32,000 nt of DNA from an uncultured Erysipelotrichaceae bacterium (GCA_942493105.1 OW818668.1:1530001-1562000); one strand, 5' to 3'. Shown: positions 7,770-18,800, counted from the stretch's first letter. Made by a program: numbers and translations. Notes: generated by a model not told the origin, from the sequence alone.

Positions 7770-7792
7770 GTGCGCTTAAGCACTTCTTTTTT
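7768..7792 (+). terminator. Rho-independent terminator candidate after the repressor gene
   Basis: AAGTGC / GCACTT 6-bp stem with a 6-nt loop, followed by CTTTTTT. Confidence 0.5.
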
Positions 7793-7837
7793 GACCATAT
7801 TTAGTCTATAATTATCTAATGACAATGGAGGACCGCC

Positions 7838-10765
7838 GTGTTTTTAAAGCGAATTGAAATCCAAGGATTTAAATCTTTTGCGGATAAGGTCAATATTACC
7901 TTTGACAGCAACATCAGCGGTATCGTTGGACCTAATGGTTGCGGCAAAAGCAACATCACCGATGCGATCCGCTGGGTTTTAGGCGAGCAAAGTGTCAAAT
8001 CGCTCCGTGGTTCAAGTATGACCGATGTCATCTTTACTGGTAGTGAATCCAGACGGCGTATCAATTTAGCAGAAGTCACGCTGGTTTTTGACAATACTGA
8101 GCGTATTTTTGAGTTGCCTTATGATGAAGTCGAAATTACACGTCGTTTACATCGAGAAAACGCAGAAGGGGAATATTTAATCAATAAAGCCCCTTGTCGC
8201 TTAAGAGACATCCTTGATTTAACGATGGACAGCGGTATCGGTAGAGATTCATTAAGCATCATTTCACAGGGATCGATCACTGAATTCGCAGAAGCAAAAC
8301 CAGAAGATCTGCGCAGCACTTTTGAAGAAGCTGCCGGAGTTTCTAAATATAAGAAACGGAAAAAAGAAGCACTCAATAAACTCGAACATACCCAAACCAA
8401 TCTGGAACGTATGAACGATATATTTTTAGAGTTGCAAAAACAAGTTCTTCCTTTAAAGAAAGCTGCTCAAAAGGCATCTATTTTTGCGGAAAAGAAACAA
8501 CGTCTACAAGAAATCGAGATTACCGTTTTAACGACGATGATCTCTCGTTTTAAGAAACTGGATGAAGACGCCAGCAAAGAATTATTCAATCTTCAATCCA
8601 AAGAAGCAGTTTTAGAAGCTTCCTTACAGATCAATGAAAACAGTACGCTATTAGCTAAGACTGAACTTCATCAGTTGGATCATCAAATTCATACAACTCA
8701 AGATGAATTATTAAAACTTATCAATGAGATTCAAACACTTGAAACACGTAAAATCGAAATCGATGAAAAGCGCAAATATACCGTAGAAGTAGGGAATTCT
8801 CAACAAAAGACCATAGAGTTAACACAACTGCTTCAAGAAGCTAAGCAAGAATATGAAGATCGTCAACAGCGTTATGATGCCTTGGTTTTAGACATGGAAG
8901 CATTAAACAAACATAACCTTGAATTGAACCGTCAACTGATTGATCAAAATGCCTTAGTTGATGAAAGTACTGTTGTGACACAACGCTTAAAAAATCGTCT
9001 AGAAGTTGTCAAGAATCTACAACAGAGGCCCTTTATGAGTCAACAGGGCGTACAAGCCGTGTTGAATGCCCAACAGAGTCTGGCTGGTGTATATGGCGTT
9101 GTATCGCAATTATTGACCCCACACAATGGGTATGAAGAAGCCATCAGTGTTGCCTTAGGCGGAGCCATGTTCAACATCATCACCAAAGATGAAAGTTCAG
9201 CACGGCATGCGATTGGGTTCTTAAAGAAAAATGAATCTGGTAGAGCGACTTTCTTACCCATGACGGTTCTGCAAAGTCGTGGATTACGAAAAGAAGATGA
9301 AGTCATATGTCAAAACACCAAAGGTTATTTAGGCGTCGCAAGTGCTTTTATTGATACCCAAGATAAATATAAACCGGTCAGTATGGGCTTATTAAATAAT
9401 GTCATCGTCGTTGAAAATCTAGAAGTTGGGAATCATTTAGCATCCTTACTAAATTATGCCTATAAATTAGTGACTTTAGAAGGCGATGTTATTCATAAAG
9501 GCGGATCGATGACCGGTGGTAAACAAAAAGATACTGGCTCACCTTTAACCCTATTAAAAGAATTCAATGAATTAAGTACCCAAGTTGCCTCGAGCTCTCA
9601 ACTCTTGGCTTCTAGGACCCAATTGCAGCAAGAAATGATCCTTAAGAAAACAGACAATGAAGTTCAATTGGTCGATAAACGCATCGCAATGGCTTCCTTA
9701 GAGCCTGTTTTAGATGCTAAACGCGCTAAATATGAACGTTTAAGAAGTGATCTAGATACATTGGTTCCCAATGGTTCATCTGTAGAAACCCCTCAAGATG
9801 ATTTGATTACTTTGCTTAACAAAGCTTATTCTGCACGAGACAGCATCAATCTTCAATTACGTACCCATCGCGAATCACGTTTAAAAGTAGGCACAGAGAG
9901 CGAACGCAAGGATCAACAGATGCGTCAACAACGTCGTGAACTCAATGCCTTACAAATTCAAAAGCGCGATATAGAGCTTGAATTGGCTCGTAATTCTACC
10001 AATATCGAAAACTTGATGTTAAGACTCAGCCAAGAATATCAATTGACCTACGAGTTTGCTTTACAGACTCATAAAGAAGGCGATATTGATGCAGCTAAAG
10101 AAGAAGTCAAACAATTACGTCAAGATATCGATAATCTCGGCAACATCAATATGGATGCTCCAGCTGAATATGAAGAAGTCAACACACGCTATGAATTCAT
10201 CAAAAAACAATATGATGAACTATCTGAAAGCCGTGATAAGATTTTGAAATTAATCTCAGAACTTGATGAAGTGATGGTCACGCAATTCAGTGCCATGATG
10301 GATAAGATCAACAAGGAACTCCCTGGTGTCTTCTCAACCATGTTTGGTGGTGGAAGTGCATCTTTGTCGCTTGAGGATCCAAATGATCTTCTTAATTCGG
10401 GAATCGATATCCATGTTCAACCTCCAGGAAAAGCCATCAAGAATATTCGTTTATTTTCAGGTGGTGAAAAGAGTTTGATCGCCATCAGCGTTTTGTTTGC
10501 CATTTTAAAGGCGAGACATGTTCCCATGTGCATCTTTGATGAAATCGAAGCTGCTTTGGATCAAACCAATGTCGATCGTTTTGCCAGATACTTGAAGCAA
10601 TTTAGTAAAGAGACCCAATTCTTAGTTGTCACCCATCGTCCTGGAACGATGGCTCAATGTGATTTATTATATGGAGTCACAATGGGGAACTCTGGTGTTT
10701 CTCAAATGTTAAAAGTAAAACTGACCGATGCGGTGAAGATGGTTGAAGAGGAAAAGAAATCATGA
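7838..10765 (+). CDS. smc: Chromosome condensation/segregation ATPase SMC
   Basis: GTG start with GGAGG SD. Walker A GPNGCGKSN, long coiled-coil arms, hinge (GVYGVVSQLL), signature LFSGGEKSL, Walker B CIFDEIEAALD. Confidence 0.95.
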   Translation: MFLKRIEIQGFKSFADKVNITFDSNISGIVGPNGCGKSNITDAIRWVLGEQSVKSLRGSSMTDVIFTGSESRRRINLAEVTLVFDNTERIFELPYDEVEITRRLHRENAEGEYLINKAPCRLRDILDLTMDSGIGRDSLSIISQGSITEFAEAKPEDLRSTFEEAAGVSKYKKRKKEALNKLEHTQTNLERMNDIFLELQKQVLPLKKAAQKASIFAEKKQRLQEIEITVLTTMISRFKKLDEDASKELFNLQSKEAVLEASLQINENSTLLAKTELHQLDHQIHTTQDELLKLINEIQTLETRKIEIDEKRKYTVEVGNSQQKTIELTQLLQEAKQEYEDRQQRYDALVLDMEALNKHNLELNRQLIDQNALVDESTVVTQRLKNRLEVVKNLQQRPFMSQQGVQAVLNAQQSLAGVYGVVSQLLTPHNGYEEAISVALGGAMFNIITKDESSARHAIGFLKKNESGRATFLPMTVLQSRGLRKEDEVICQNTKGYLGVASAFIDTQDKYKPVSMGLLNNVIVVENLEVGNHLASLLNYAYKLVTLEGDVIHKGGSMTGGKQKDTGSPLTLLKEFNELSTQVASSSQLLASRTQLQQEMILKKTDNEVQLVDKRIAMASLEPVLDAKRAKYERLRSDLDTLVPNGSSVETPQDDLITLLNKAYSARDSINLQLRTHRESRLKVGTESERKDQQMRQQRRELNALQIQKRDIELELARNSTNIENLMLRLSQEYQLTYEFALQTHKEGDIDAAKEEVKQLRQDIDNLGNINMDAPAEYEEVNTRYEFIKKQYDELSESRDKILKLISELDEVMVTQFSAMMDKINKELPGVFSTMFGGGSASLSLEDPNDLLNSGIDIHVQPPGKAIKNIRLFSGGEKSLIAISVLFAILKARHVPMCIFDEIEAALDQTNVDRFARYLKQFSKETQFLVVTHRPGTMAQCDLLYGVTMGNSGVSQMLKVKLTDAVKMVEEEKKS

Positions 10766-11709
10766 GTTTCTTCAGTACTCTAAAAAACAAGTTATTGCAA
10801 AAGAATTCTGATCAGTATGTCAGTGGTTTTGAAAAGACGCAAGCTTCTTTAGGGTCAAAACTCAAGGCCATACTGACCAATACACCCATTGTCGATGAAC
10901 GATTCTATGCTCAAATCAATGATGTGTTGCTTAAAAGTGATGTTGGGGTTGAAACTTCATCCTATTTGATTTTGACACTCAAAAAGAAAGCATCAGCCCA
11001 ACAATTAAGTACTGCTGATGAATTGATCGATATGCTGGCTCAATTGATGCGAGCTTCATTCAATGATTATGAATTGACTTTAAAAAGCGGAACCAATGTA
11101 TTCTTGATTGTTGGAGTCAATGGCTCTGGTAAAACGACCAGTATCGCAAAACTAGGTCATTATTTTAAAACACAAGGCAAGACCGTTATTACCATAGCTG
11201 CGGATACCTTTAGAGCAGCGGCTGTTCAACAGCTTCAAACATGGGCTGATCGCTTGGATATTCCCTGTATTTATGGCAAAGAGAATGCAGATCCCAGCAG
11301 TGTTGTTGTTGATGGACTAAGATATGCAAATGAACATCATATTGATATCGTATTGATCGATACGGCAGGGCGTTTACAAAACAAAGTCAATCTGATGGAA
11401 GAATTGGCTAAAATCAATCGAGTCATTACCAAAATTCATGGAACACCTCCTGAATTTACCTGGATGGTCCTAGATGGATCAACAGGTCAAAATGCCCTCA
11501 AGCAAGCTGAAAGTTTTAAAGATCTCATCAATATCAATGGAATCTTATGCACAAAACTTGATGGAACGGCTAAAGGCGGGATGTTGATTGCTTTATCTCG
11601 ACTTCTAAATGTACCAATTCCATTTATTGGCTTAGGTGAAAAACCTGAAGATTTGATTCCTTTTGATCCTGATGCATTTATCTACAGCATCACCAAGGAA
11701 TTGATATGA
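10762..11709 (+). CDS. ftsY: Signal recognition particle receptor FtsY
   Basis: SRP-GTPase motifs GVNGSGKTT, DTAGR, TKLDGTAKGG. The start overlaps the smc stop (ATGA). Confidence 0.95.
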   Translation: MSFFSTLKNKLLQKNSDQYVSGFEKTQASLGSKLKAILTNTPIVDERFYAQINDVLLKSDVGVETSSYLILTLKKKASAQQLSTADELIDMLAQLMRASFNDYELTLKSGTNVFLIVGVNGSGKTTSIAKLGHYFKTQGKTVITIAADTFRAAAVQQLQTWADRLDIPCIYGKENADPSSVVVDGLRYANEHHIDIVLIDTAGRLQNKVNLMEELAKINRVITKIHGTPPEFTWMVLDGSTGQNALKQAESFKDLININGILCTKLDGTAKGGMLIALSRLLNVPIPFIGLGEKPEDLIPFDPDAFIYSITKELI

Positions 11710-12032
11710 TTAAAACAGATCGAATGAATTATCTCTTGGATTTTTATAAGAATTTACTGACAGACCATCAAAAGTCGATAGCGGAATTACATTTCTATGA
11801 GGACCTCTCCTTATCTGAAATCACAGATCATACTCAAAACAGCCGGGCTGCAGTTCATGAAACACTAAAACGGGTTGAGAGCTTACTTGAAGAATATGAA
11901 TCTAAATTACATTTGGTTGAGAAGTATCTTAAGCGAAAGATTTATCTTGAAGAATTACGAGCATTAAAGAATGAAAAAGTATCCCACATTGCACAAGCAA
12001 TCGACGATTTGGATCAAAAGGAGCCCCAATGA
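11706..12032 (+). CDS. ylxM: UPF0122 / YlxM small HTH protein
   Basis: About 108 aa with a sigma-70 region-4-like segment (LSLSEITDHTQNSRAAVHETLKR), in the conserved position directly after ftsY. Confidence 0.8.
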   Translation: MIKTDRMNYLLDFYKNLLTDHQKSIAELHFYEDLSLSEITDHTQNSRAAVHETLKRVESLLEEYESKLHLVEKYLKRKIYLEELRALKNEKVSHIAQAIDDLDQKEPQ

Positions 12033-13225
12033 CAAAAATTATTTCAGTAAATGCAGGTAGCAGTTCATTAAAATTTCAGTTGTTTACAATGCCTGAAGAA
12101 ACAGTATTGTGCAGTGGCATCATAGAAAGAATCGGGCTATCCGATGGTATCTTTACCGTTAAATTCAATGGCGAAAAAGAAACGCTTACTCAATCCATAC
12201 CGGATCATAAAGTAGCCGTTGAATTGGTCCTTGATGCACTGATCAAACATAAAATCGTTGATTCACTTGAAGAAATCAAAGGGGTAGGTCATCGTGTCGT
12301 TCATGGAGGAGAAGTTTATGCAGCCTCTGTTGAAATTGATGATGATGTTGAAAAAACAGTAGAGGCTTTGTCCGATTTAGCGCCATTGCATAATCCAGCA
12401 AATTTAGTTGGTTATAGAGCCTTTAAAAAAGAATTACCTAATGCACGCCATGTGGCTGTCTTTGATACAGCGTTCCATCAAACCATGAAGAATGACATCT
12501 ATATTTATCCGATGCCTTATGAATATTATGAAAATTACAAGATCCGTCGTTATGGATTCCATGGAACATCTCACTATTACGTTTCTCATCGTGTCGCTCA
12601 ATTAATGAAAAAAAATGTTGAAGACATCAACATCATTACCTGTCATTTGGGTAATGGGGCTTCTATCGCTGCGGTTCAAGCGGGCAAGTCCGTCAATACT
12701 TCCATGGGATTTACACCTTTGGCTGGCATCATGATGGGAACTCGTTCTGGAGACATCGATCCTGCCATCATTACTTTCTTAATGGCAAAATTAAATAAAA
12801 GTGCTGAAGCCATCATCGATATCTTAAATAAGAAATCAGGGATGTTGGGAGTTAGCGGTTTATCCAGTGATGCGCGAGACATTGAAGCCGGAATTCAAGC
12901 CGGTAATCCTAGAGCCATCTTGACTCGAAACCTTTATGCAAATCGTGTTGCACAAACCATAGGCAGTTATTTCGTCCAATTAGGTCATGTCGATGCGATG
13001 GTGTTTACAGGTGGATTGGGAGAAAATGATACCAAAGTCAGAGAAGCCATCATTGACCGTGTAAGTGAAGCCATGAACATTACCCTTAAACGTGATTTGA
13101 ATTTAGTGACCAGAGGTAAAGAAGTTTGCTTAAGTGAAGATCAAAGCAAAACATCAGTTTGGGTCGTCCCAACCAATGAAGAGTTAGTCATCGCTCAAGA
13201 TACCCAAAGAATTTTAGGATTATAA
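12029..13225 (+). CDS. ackA: Acetate kinase
   Basis: N-terminal ISVNAGSSSLKFQLF, HRVVHGG, FDTAFHQTM, RRYGFHGTSH, and C-terminal TNEE motifs. Confidence 0.95.
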   Translation: MTKIISVNAGSSSLKFQLFTMPEETVLCSGIIERIGLSDGIFTVKFNGEKETLTQSIPDHKVAVELVLDALIKHKIVDSLEEIKGVGHRVVHGGEVYAASVEIDDDVEKTVEALSDLAPLHNPANLVGYRAFKKELPNARHVAVFDTAFHQTMKNDIYIYPMPYEYYENYKIRRYGFHGTSHYYVSHRVAQLMKKNVEDINIITCHLGNGASIAAVQAGKSVNTSMGFTPLAGIMMGTRSGDIDPAIITFLMAKLNKSAEAIIDILNKKSGMLGVSGLSSDARDIEAGIQAGNPRAILTRNLYANRVAQTIGSYFVQLGHVDAMVFTGGLGENDTKVREAIIDRVSEAMNITLKRDLNLVTRGKEVCLSEDQSKTSVWVVPTNEELVIAQDTQRILGL

Positions 13226-13228
13226 AAT

Positions 13229-14179
13229 ATGTCCTTGTTTTATGAGTTGATTCATCAATATGATCAAATCACTGTATTTAGACATCAAAATCCAGATCCG
13301 GATGCTTTAGGTGCCCAATGGGGTTTAGTCAACTGGTTGAAAGAAACCTTTCCAAACAAACAAATCTATGCTTTGGGTCAACATATCGGTGTCAAACCGC
13401 ATCTTTTTGAAGCCTATGATCAAATTGATGATGAAAAGGTAAGCTCATCTTTGGCCATCATTTTAGATACATCAAATGCAGATCGAATTGATGATCAACG
13501 CTTTAAAACAGCGAAGATGAGCCTCAAGATCGATCATCATCCTTATGGCGAAAACTATGCTCAGCATCAAATCGTCCATGAAGGTGCATCCAGTACCTGT
13601 GAGATCGTAACGGGATTGATAAAGACTTTTATGTTGAATGAACCCATCAGTTCTAAATCTGCGAAATACTTGTATATGGGCATCTTAACTGATTCACTCA
13701 ACTTTTCGACTTCAAATGTGACGCATACGACTTTAGAAAATGCAGCTTATCTAGCTCAAAGTCATCTGGATCTACCCAAAATCAATGAAGAACTTTATTT
13801 GATCGATGAAAACGAGTATAAGTTCGTTAACATGTTAAGAAATTCTGCGATCGTGCAAGGACCACTTATCTATGCGATCGTAACCAAAGCATTGGTCGAT
13901 CAATGTGGAATTACTTTGAATTTAGCCAAAGAACATGTGAATGATCTTGGATCCGTCAAAGAGTATGAGATTTGGGTCTTGTTCATTCAGCAAGAATCTA
14001 ACCCATCGTTGTATAATGGGTCCATACGTTCACGAAATGTGACCGTAAATGATATCGCAAGAAGATACAGTGGAGGTGGCCATCGTTTGGCTGCAGCTGT
14101 TAAAAACTTAAGCTTAGAAGACATACAGAGTGTCATCAATGACCTCAAAGGAAGAATAAATGACCAACAGAACAACTAA
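13229..14179 (+). CDS. nrnA: DHH/DHHA1 phosphoesterase, NrnA-type oligoribonuclease / pAp phosphatase
   Basis: Motifs HQNPDPDALG, ILDTS, KIDHHP and GGGHRLAAA in canonical order. Confidence 0.85.
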   Translation: MSLFYELIHQYDQITVFRHQNPDPDALGAQWGLVNWLKETFPNKQIYALGQHIGVKPHLFEAYDQIDDEKVSSSLAIILDTSNADRIDDQRFKTAKMSLKIDHHPYGENYAQHQIVHEGASSTCEIVTGLIKTFMLNEPISSKSAKYLYMGILTDSLNFSTSNVTHTTLENAAYLAQSHLDLPKINEELYLIDENEYKFVNMLRNSAIVQGPLIYAIVTKALVDQCGITLNLAKEHVNDLGSVKEYEIWVLFIQQESNPSLYNGSIRSRNVTVNDIARRYSGGGHRLAAAVKNLSLEDIQSVINDLKGRINDQQNN

Positions 14180-15812
14180 TCCGTATTATGTGAATATGAA
14201 AAAGCAAAGAACCGGACCTGTTAAAGGTCTGGCTACAGCCTTGTTTGTGACTTTGATTTTTGCGGGAGTGATGGACTATGTGACTTTACCGGCATATAAT
14301 ATTCATTCTATTGAGACATTATTCTTATTTGCTTTCTATTTTGGATTCTTTGCTTTCTTAAGTATCTTTTTCACTGGTAAATTTACAAAGTTTGCCTTTG
14401 GAGCATTAGGTGCTGCAGGACTTATCGTCGCATTTGTAGCAGTCATGTCACTTCTTGGCTCAGAAATTTTAAATGCCAGGGCATTTAGAAATCAGATTAA
14501 GATTACGGAGTCTGGTGATTTTTCAAATGATTTTGACCTTATCCAATACAATCAAGTCCCCTTGGTAGATTATGAAACAGCCAGACAACTTGGCGATAAA
14601 CAGATGGGCAAGATCCAAGGATTAGGTTCCCAATACAACATCAACATCGATTACACCTTAATCAGTGTCAATAATGGGGTTTATCGAGTTGCTCCACTTG
14701 AATACCAAGACATCTTCAAATGGCTTGAAAACAAGGGTGAAGGAATCCCAGGCTATGTCAAAGTTAACGTACGCGATGTCAATGATGTCAGTTTGGTCAC
14801 ATTAACTCAAGGTATGAAGTATTCACCGTCTGCTTTCTTTGATCAGGATTTATTAAGACATGTTCGTTTTACCTATCGTACCGAAATTTTGAATGATTTT
14901 TCTTTTGAGATCGATGATGCAGGACACCCTTATTATGTCATTTCAATCGTTGAAGCTAAGATTGGATTCTTTAGTGGTTGGGATGCAGTAGGTGTCATCG
15001 TTGTTGATGCAGTGAGTGGTGAAATGAATAAATACGATTTAGAAAATATCCCGTCTTGGGTCGATCGTGTTCAGCCTGTAGAATTGGCTTGGTATCAAGT
15101 GGATAACTGGGGATACTATGTCAATGGTTGGTTCAATACGATCTTTGGACGCAAAGACGTCATTCAAACCACCAACGGCTTTAATTATGTATCGATCAAT
15201 GGTCAAACGCATGTGTTCTCAGGAATGACTTCTGCTGGTGCAGATCAATCCATCGTTGGATTCGCTCTCATCAATTTAAAAACCAAAGAAGCATCATTCT
15301 ATCGTGTCGGTGGAGCAGATGAAACTTCTGCCATGAGTTCTGCTCAAGGAGCCGTTCAGCATTTAGGCTATATTTCGACTTTCCCGGTATTGTTGAACGT
15401 AGAAGGAGAACCAAGCTATTTTATGTCGCTAAAGGACCAAGAAGGTTTGGTCAAGATGTTTGCCTTAGTCTCCGTTACAGATTACTCGGTGGTTGGAGTT
15501 GGGACTACGCTTAATGAAACGCGAGCCAACTACATCAAAAAGATGATCGAAGCTGGTATCTTGGAATCAGCGGTCGAACTCGAAAAGACCATCACAGCTC
15601 AAGTCTTGAAAATTGGGTCAGCGATCGTTGACGGGGATACTCAATTCTACATCACGGTTGAAGGGGATGATCACTTATTTGTGGTTCCTGTAAGTTTAAG
15701 CCCAGAAACCGTATTGACTCAGGCTGGTGATCTTATTACCATTAAGTATTATGAAAGCAGTTCAAAAACAATTGTTGCGATAGAATTTGATAATACCCTC
15801 TATGATTACTAA
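14160..15812 (+). CDS. Polytopic membrane protein with a large extracytoplasmic domain, unknown function
   Basis: Three to four N-terminal hydrophobic helices (aa about 25-105), then about 440 aa of soluble-looking sequence. AGGAAG SD before the ATG at 14160, which overlaps the nrnA 3' end. A strong terminator follows. Confidence 0.6.
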   Translation: MTNRTTNPYYVNMKKQRTGPVKGLATALFVTLIFAGVMDYVTLPAYNIHSIETLFLFAFYFGFFAFLSIFFTGKFTKFAFGALGAAGLIVAFVAVMSLLGSEILNARAFRNQIKITESGDFSNDFDLIQYNQVPLVDYETARQLGDKQMGKIQGLGSQYNINIDYTLISVNNGVYRVAPLEYQDIFKWLENKGEGIPGYVKVNVRDVNDVSLVTLTQGMKYSPSAFFDQDLLRHVRFTYRTEILNDFSFEIDDAGHPYYVISIVEAKIGFFSGWDAVGVIVVDAVSGEMNKYDLENIPSWVDRVQPVELAWYQVDNWGYYVNGWFNTIFGRKDVIQTTNGFNYVSINGQTHVFSGMTSAGADQSIVGFALINLKTKEASFYRVGGADETSAMSSAQGAVQHLGYISTFPVLLNVEGEPSYFMSLKDQEGLVKMFALVSVTDYSVVGVGTTLNETRANYIKKMIEAGILESAVELEKTITAQVLKIGSAIVDGDTQFYITVEGDDHLFVVPVSLSPETVLTQAGDLITIKYYESSSKTIVAIEFDNTLYDY

Positions 15813-15836
15813 GAACAGTTCATCTGTTCTTTTTTT
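15812..15836 (+). terminator. Rho-independent terminator
   Basis: AGAACAG / CTGTTCT 7-bp stem, 5-nt loop TTCAT, followed by a T-run. Confidence 0.8.
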
Positions 15837-15866
15837 ATCTGACTCATGTATAATGAAAGTACATTT

Positions 15867-18800
15867 ATGAGCACTCATTTGATGGTTCGCAGTGCCTACT
15901 CACTGCTTCAAGGGTCTATGGGGATCGCCCAATTGGTCCACCAAGCAAAAGTCTTAGGTTTTAAATCAGTTGCCTTAACCGATCGTTTAAGTTTGTCTGG
16001 GGTCCCAGAATTCATCATAGAAGCTCAAAAAGCAGGATTACATCCCATCATAGGGGTTGAACTTGATCTATCATATAAAGAAAACCTACTTAATGTCGTA
16101 TGTTTGGCGAAGAATCAAAATGGTTATAAAGGGCTGATCAAATTTTCAAGTATTCAAAACACAATAAAAACACCACTTTCAAATACAGATCTTATTAGCA
16201 CAAAAGAAGACATTGTTTACATTTTGCCCAGTGTTAATCCGCTATTTGAACCTTTTTTCTTGAAAGATGATTTTAATGGCTTAAATGAATGTATTCAAGA
16301 ACTCGCAAATATTTTCCCGTTTTTATGGATTGGGATCACCAAACAAGAAAGTGCTTTTTATCAAAACACCAATCAAACCTTAAAGAGAATCATTTCTAGA
16401 GGACCTCTTAAAAGCGTAGCCCTTCATCAAGTTTTATATGCTTTAAGTGATGATGAGGAAATTTATAGAGTATTACGCGCTATTGATCTGCAACTGACTT
16501 TAAATGATGATCGCTTGATCAAAGCTCCTTATCGCTATATGCTGGATCAAATTGAAATGGATACACTTTATGATCCGCAAGATGTACTTAACACAGATGT
16601 GATTGCCCAACAATGCAATGTGATCTTATCGCAAAATAAAGCAGCATTGCCTCGTTTTGAAACTCCAAGCAACATTTCAGCAGCTCAATACCTAACGCAA
16701 TTGTGTCTTCAGGGACTTTCAAAACGTTTGGGAAATGATGTCACACAAGTTTATAAACAACGATTAAAAGATGAATTGGATGTCATCGTATCGATGCATT
16801 ATGAAGATTATTTTTTGATCGTATGGGACTTTATTCTTTATGCCAAGAAAAGTGGTATTTATGTTGGGCCTGGAAGGGGAAGTGCTGCTGGATCTTTGGT
16901 TGCCTATTGTTTAGGCATAACACATGTTGATCCCATCAGATTCAACTTACTTTTTGAACGTTTCCTCAATCCTGAAAGAATCTCAATGCCAGATATCGAT
17001 ACTGATTTTCCAGATGATCGTCGTGATGAAGTCATTCGCTATGTTTTAGCGAAATATGGGCAAGCTCATGTGGCTCACATTTCTACCTTTGGAACCTTAG
17101 CAGCCAAGCAAGTTCTAAGAGACGTAGGACGTGTTTTAGAGATATCTGTAAGAGAAATGGATATTTTATCAAAAGCAGTTCCTTTTGTGCTTAAAGTCAC
17201 TTTAAAAGATGCATATGAAACCAGTTCCAGGTTTAGAAACCTAATCGATTCTGATTTGCGTTACACCAAACTTTATCAATTGGCTAAAGCTTTAGAAGGA
17301 TTACCAAGGCATATTTCTACTCATGCGGCTGGTGTTGTCTTATCAGGTGCTGATTTAAGCGATACCGTTCCTTTGATACAAGTTGAAGCAGATATGGTGT
17401 CGACTCAATATACGATGGAATACCTAGAAGTTTTAGGACTTATCAAAATGGACTTCTTAGGTTTACGTAATCTTACCATCATCGATCAAGTCGTAAAGAT
17501 GATCAAAAATCATCTTCAGATCGATTTGGAAATCTTAAAAATACCACTAGATGATCCTAAGACTTTAGAGCTGGTTCGAAAAGTTGATACGGTTGGGATC
17601 TTTCAGTTAGAATCTGACGGGATGAAGAATCTGCTGAGACAAATGAAAACGACACGGTTCGATGATATCGTCGCTACCATTGCATTATTTAGGCCGGGTC
17701 CTATGGAAAACATCCCAACCTACATCAAAGCCAAAGATAATGCATCTTCGGTTCATTATTTGCATCCTGATCTTAAACCCATCGTTGAAGATACCTATGG
17801 GATTTTGATTTATCAAGAACAAATCATGCAGGTTGCCCAAAGAATGGCAGGATTTACCTTAGGTAGAGCTGATCTTTTACGTAAGGCCATGAGTAAGAAA
17901 GATCCTGAGCAGTTGATGCGACTTAAACAAGAGTTCATTCAAGGTTGTCTTGGTAAAGGCTATACCCAAGATTTAGCAGAAGAACTCTATGAGTTGGTTT
18001 TTAAATTCGCCAATTATGGATTCAATAAATCTCATTCTGTGGCTTATGCGACGATTTCATATCAGATGGCTTATTTAAAAGCCAATTATCCAACCATGTT
18101 TTATGCGGCATTATTGAGTTCTGTCATCGGTTCTGAACAAAAAACAAGTCAATATTTGGAAGAGTGTAAAGCCCATGATGTAAGAATATTACCTCCATCC
18201 ATCCATGAATCTACCGATATCTATGAATTGAGTCCCAAAGGCATTCGTTTACCTCTACTCTTGATCAAAAGTGTAGGTGGGGCTGCTTGTCGTGAGATCC
18301 TCAATGAACGATCCAGTGGACCATTTAAGTCTTTCCATGACTTTATCGCAAGGATCAATACTCGTCGTTTCAGTCGCACCAGTGTTGAAGCTCTGATCGA
18401 TGCGGGTGCTTTTGATGATTTTGGGTTTAATCGAAAATCATTATTGGCTTCTTTAGATGAAGCCTATCAATATGCTGATCTGGTCAAGATCGAAGGCAAG
18501 GATCAGACTCGCATCGACTTAGGTTTAGTCATGACCCCTGACATCCTCGTCGTCAAAGAAGATCCTTTAGAAAAAGCCGAACGTGAAAAGATGGTCCTAG
18601 GTTTTTATTTAAGTGATCACCCTTTGTTTCATATCAAGCAGCTCTATCAAATGACGTCCAACATCATCTCCCTACAACCCAGTAAATCAACTGTAAAGTT
18701 GATTTGTATGGTCAAAGGAATCAAGCAACACCGAACTAAAAAAGGTGATCTGATGGCCTTCTTAAGTCTTAGCGATGAATCCAGTGAATGCAGTGGTGTC

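Noticed and set aside
1195-7837. Prophage, ICE or transposon interpretation of the accessory region.
   Set aside because: No integrase, recombinase, transposase, relaxase or phage structural genes, no tRNA target, and no terminal inverted or direct repeats that I could see. The CI-like repressor architecture alone is not enough.
15867-15920. Degenerate PHP metal-binding motif in DnaE (HLMVRS and SLLQG in place of HxHxHS and SLLDG), suggesting an inactive PHP exonuclease.
   Set aside because: Loss of these ligands is common in DnaE of organisms that also carry PolC, and in E. coli DnaE. It is probably ordinary for this lineage rather than noteworthy.
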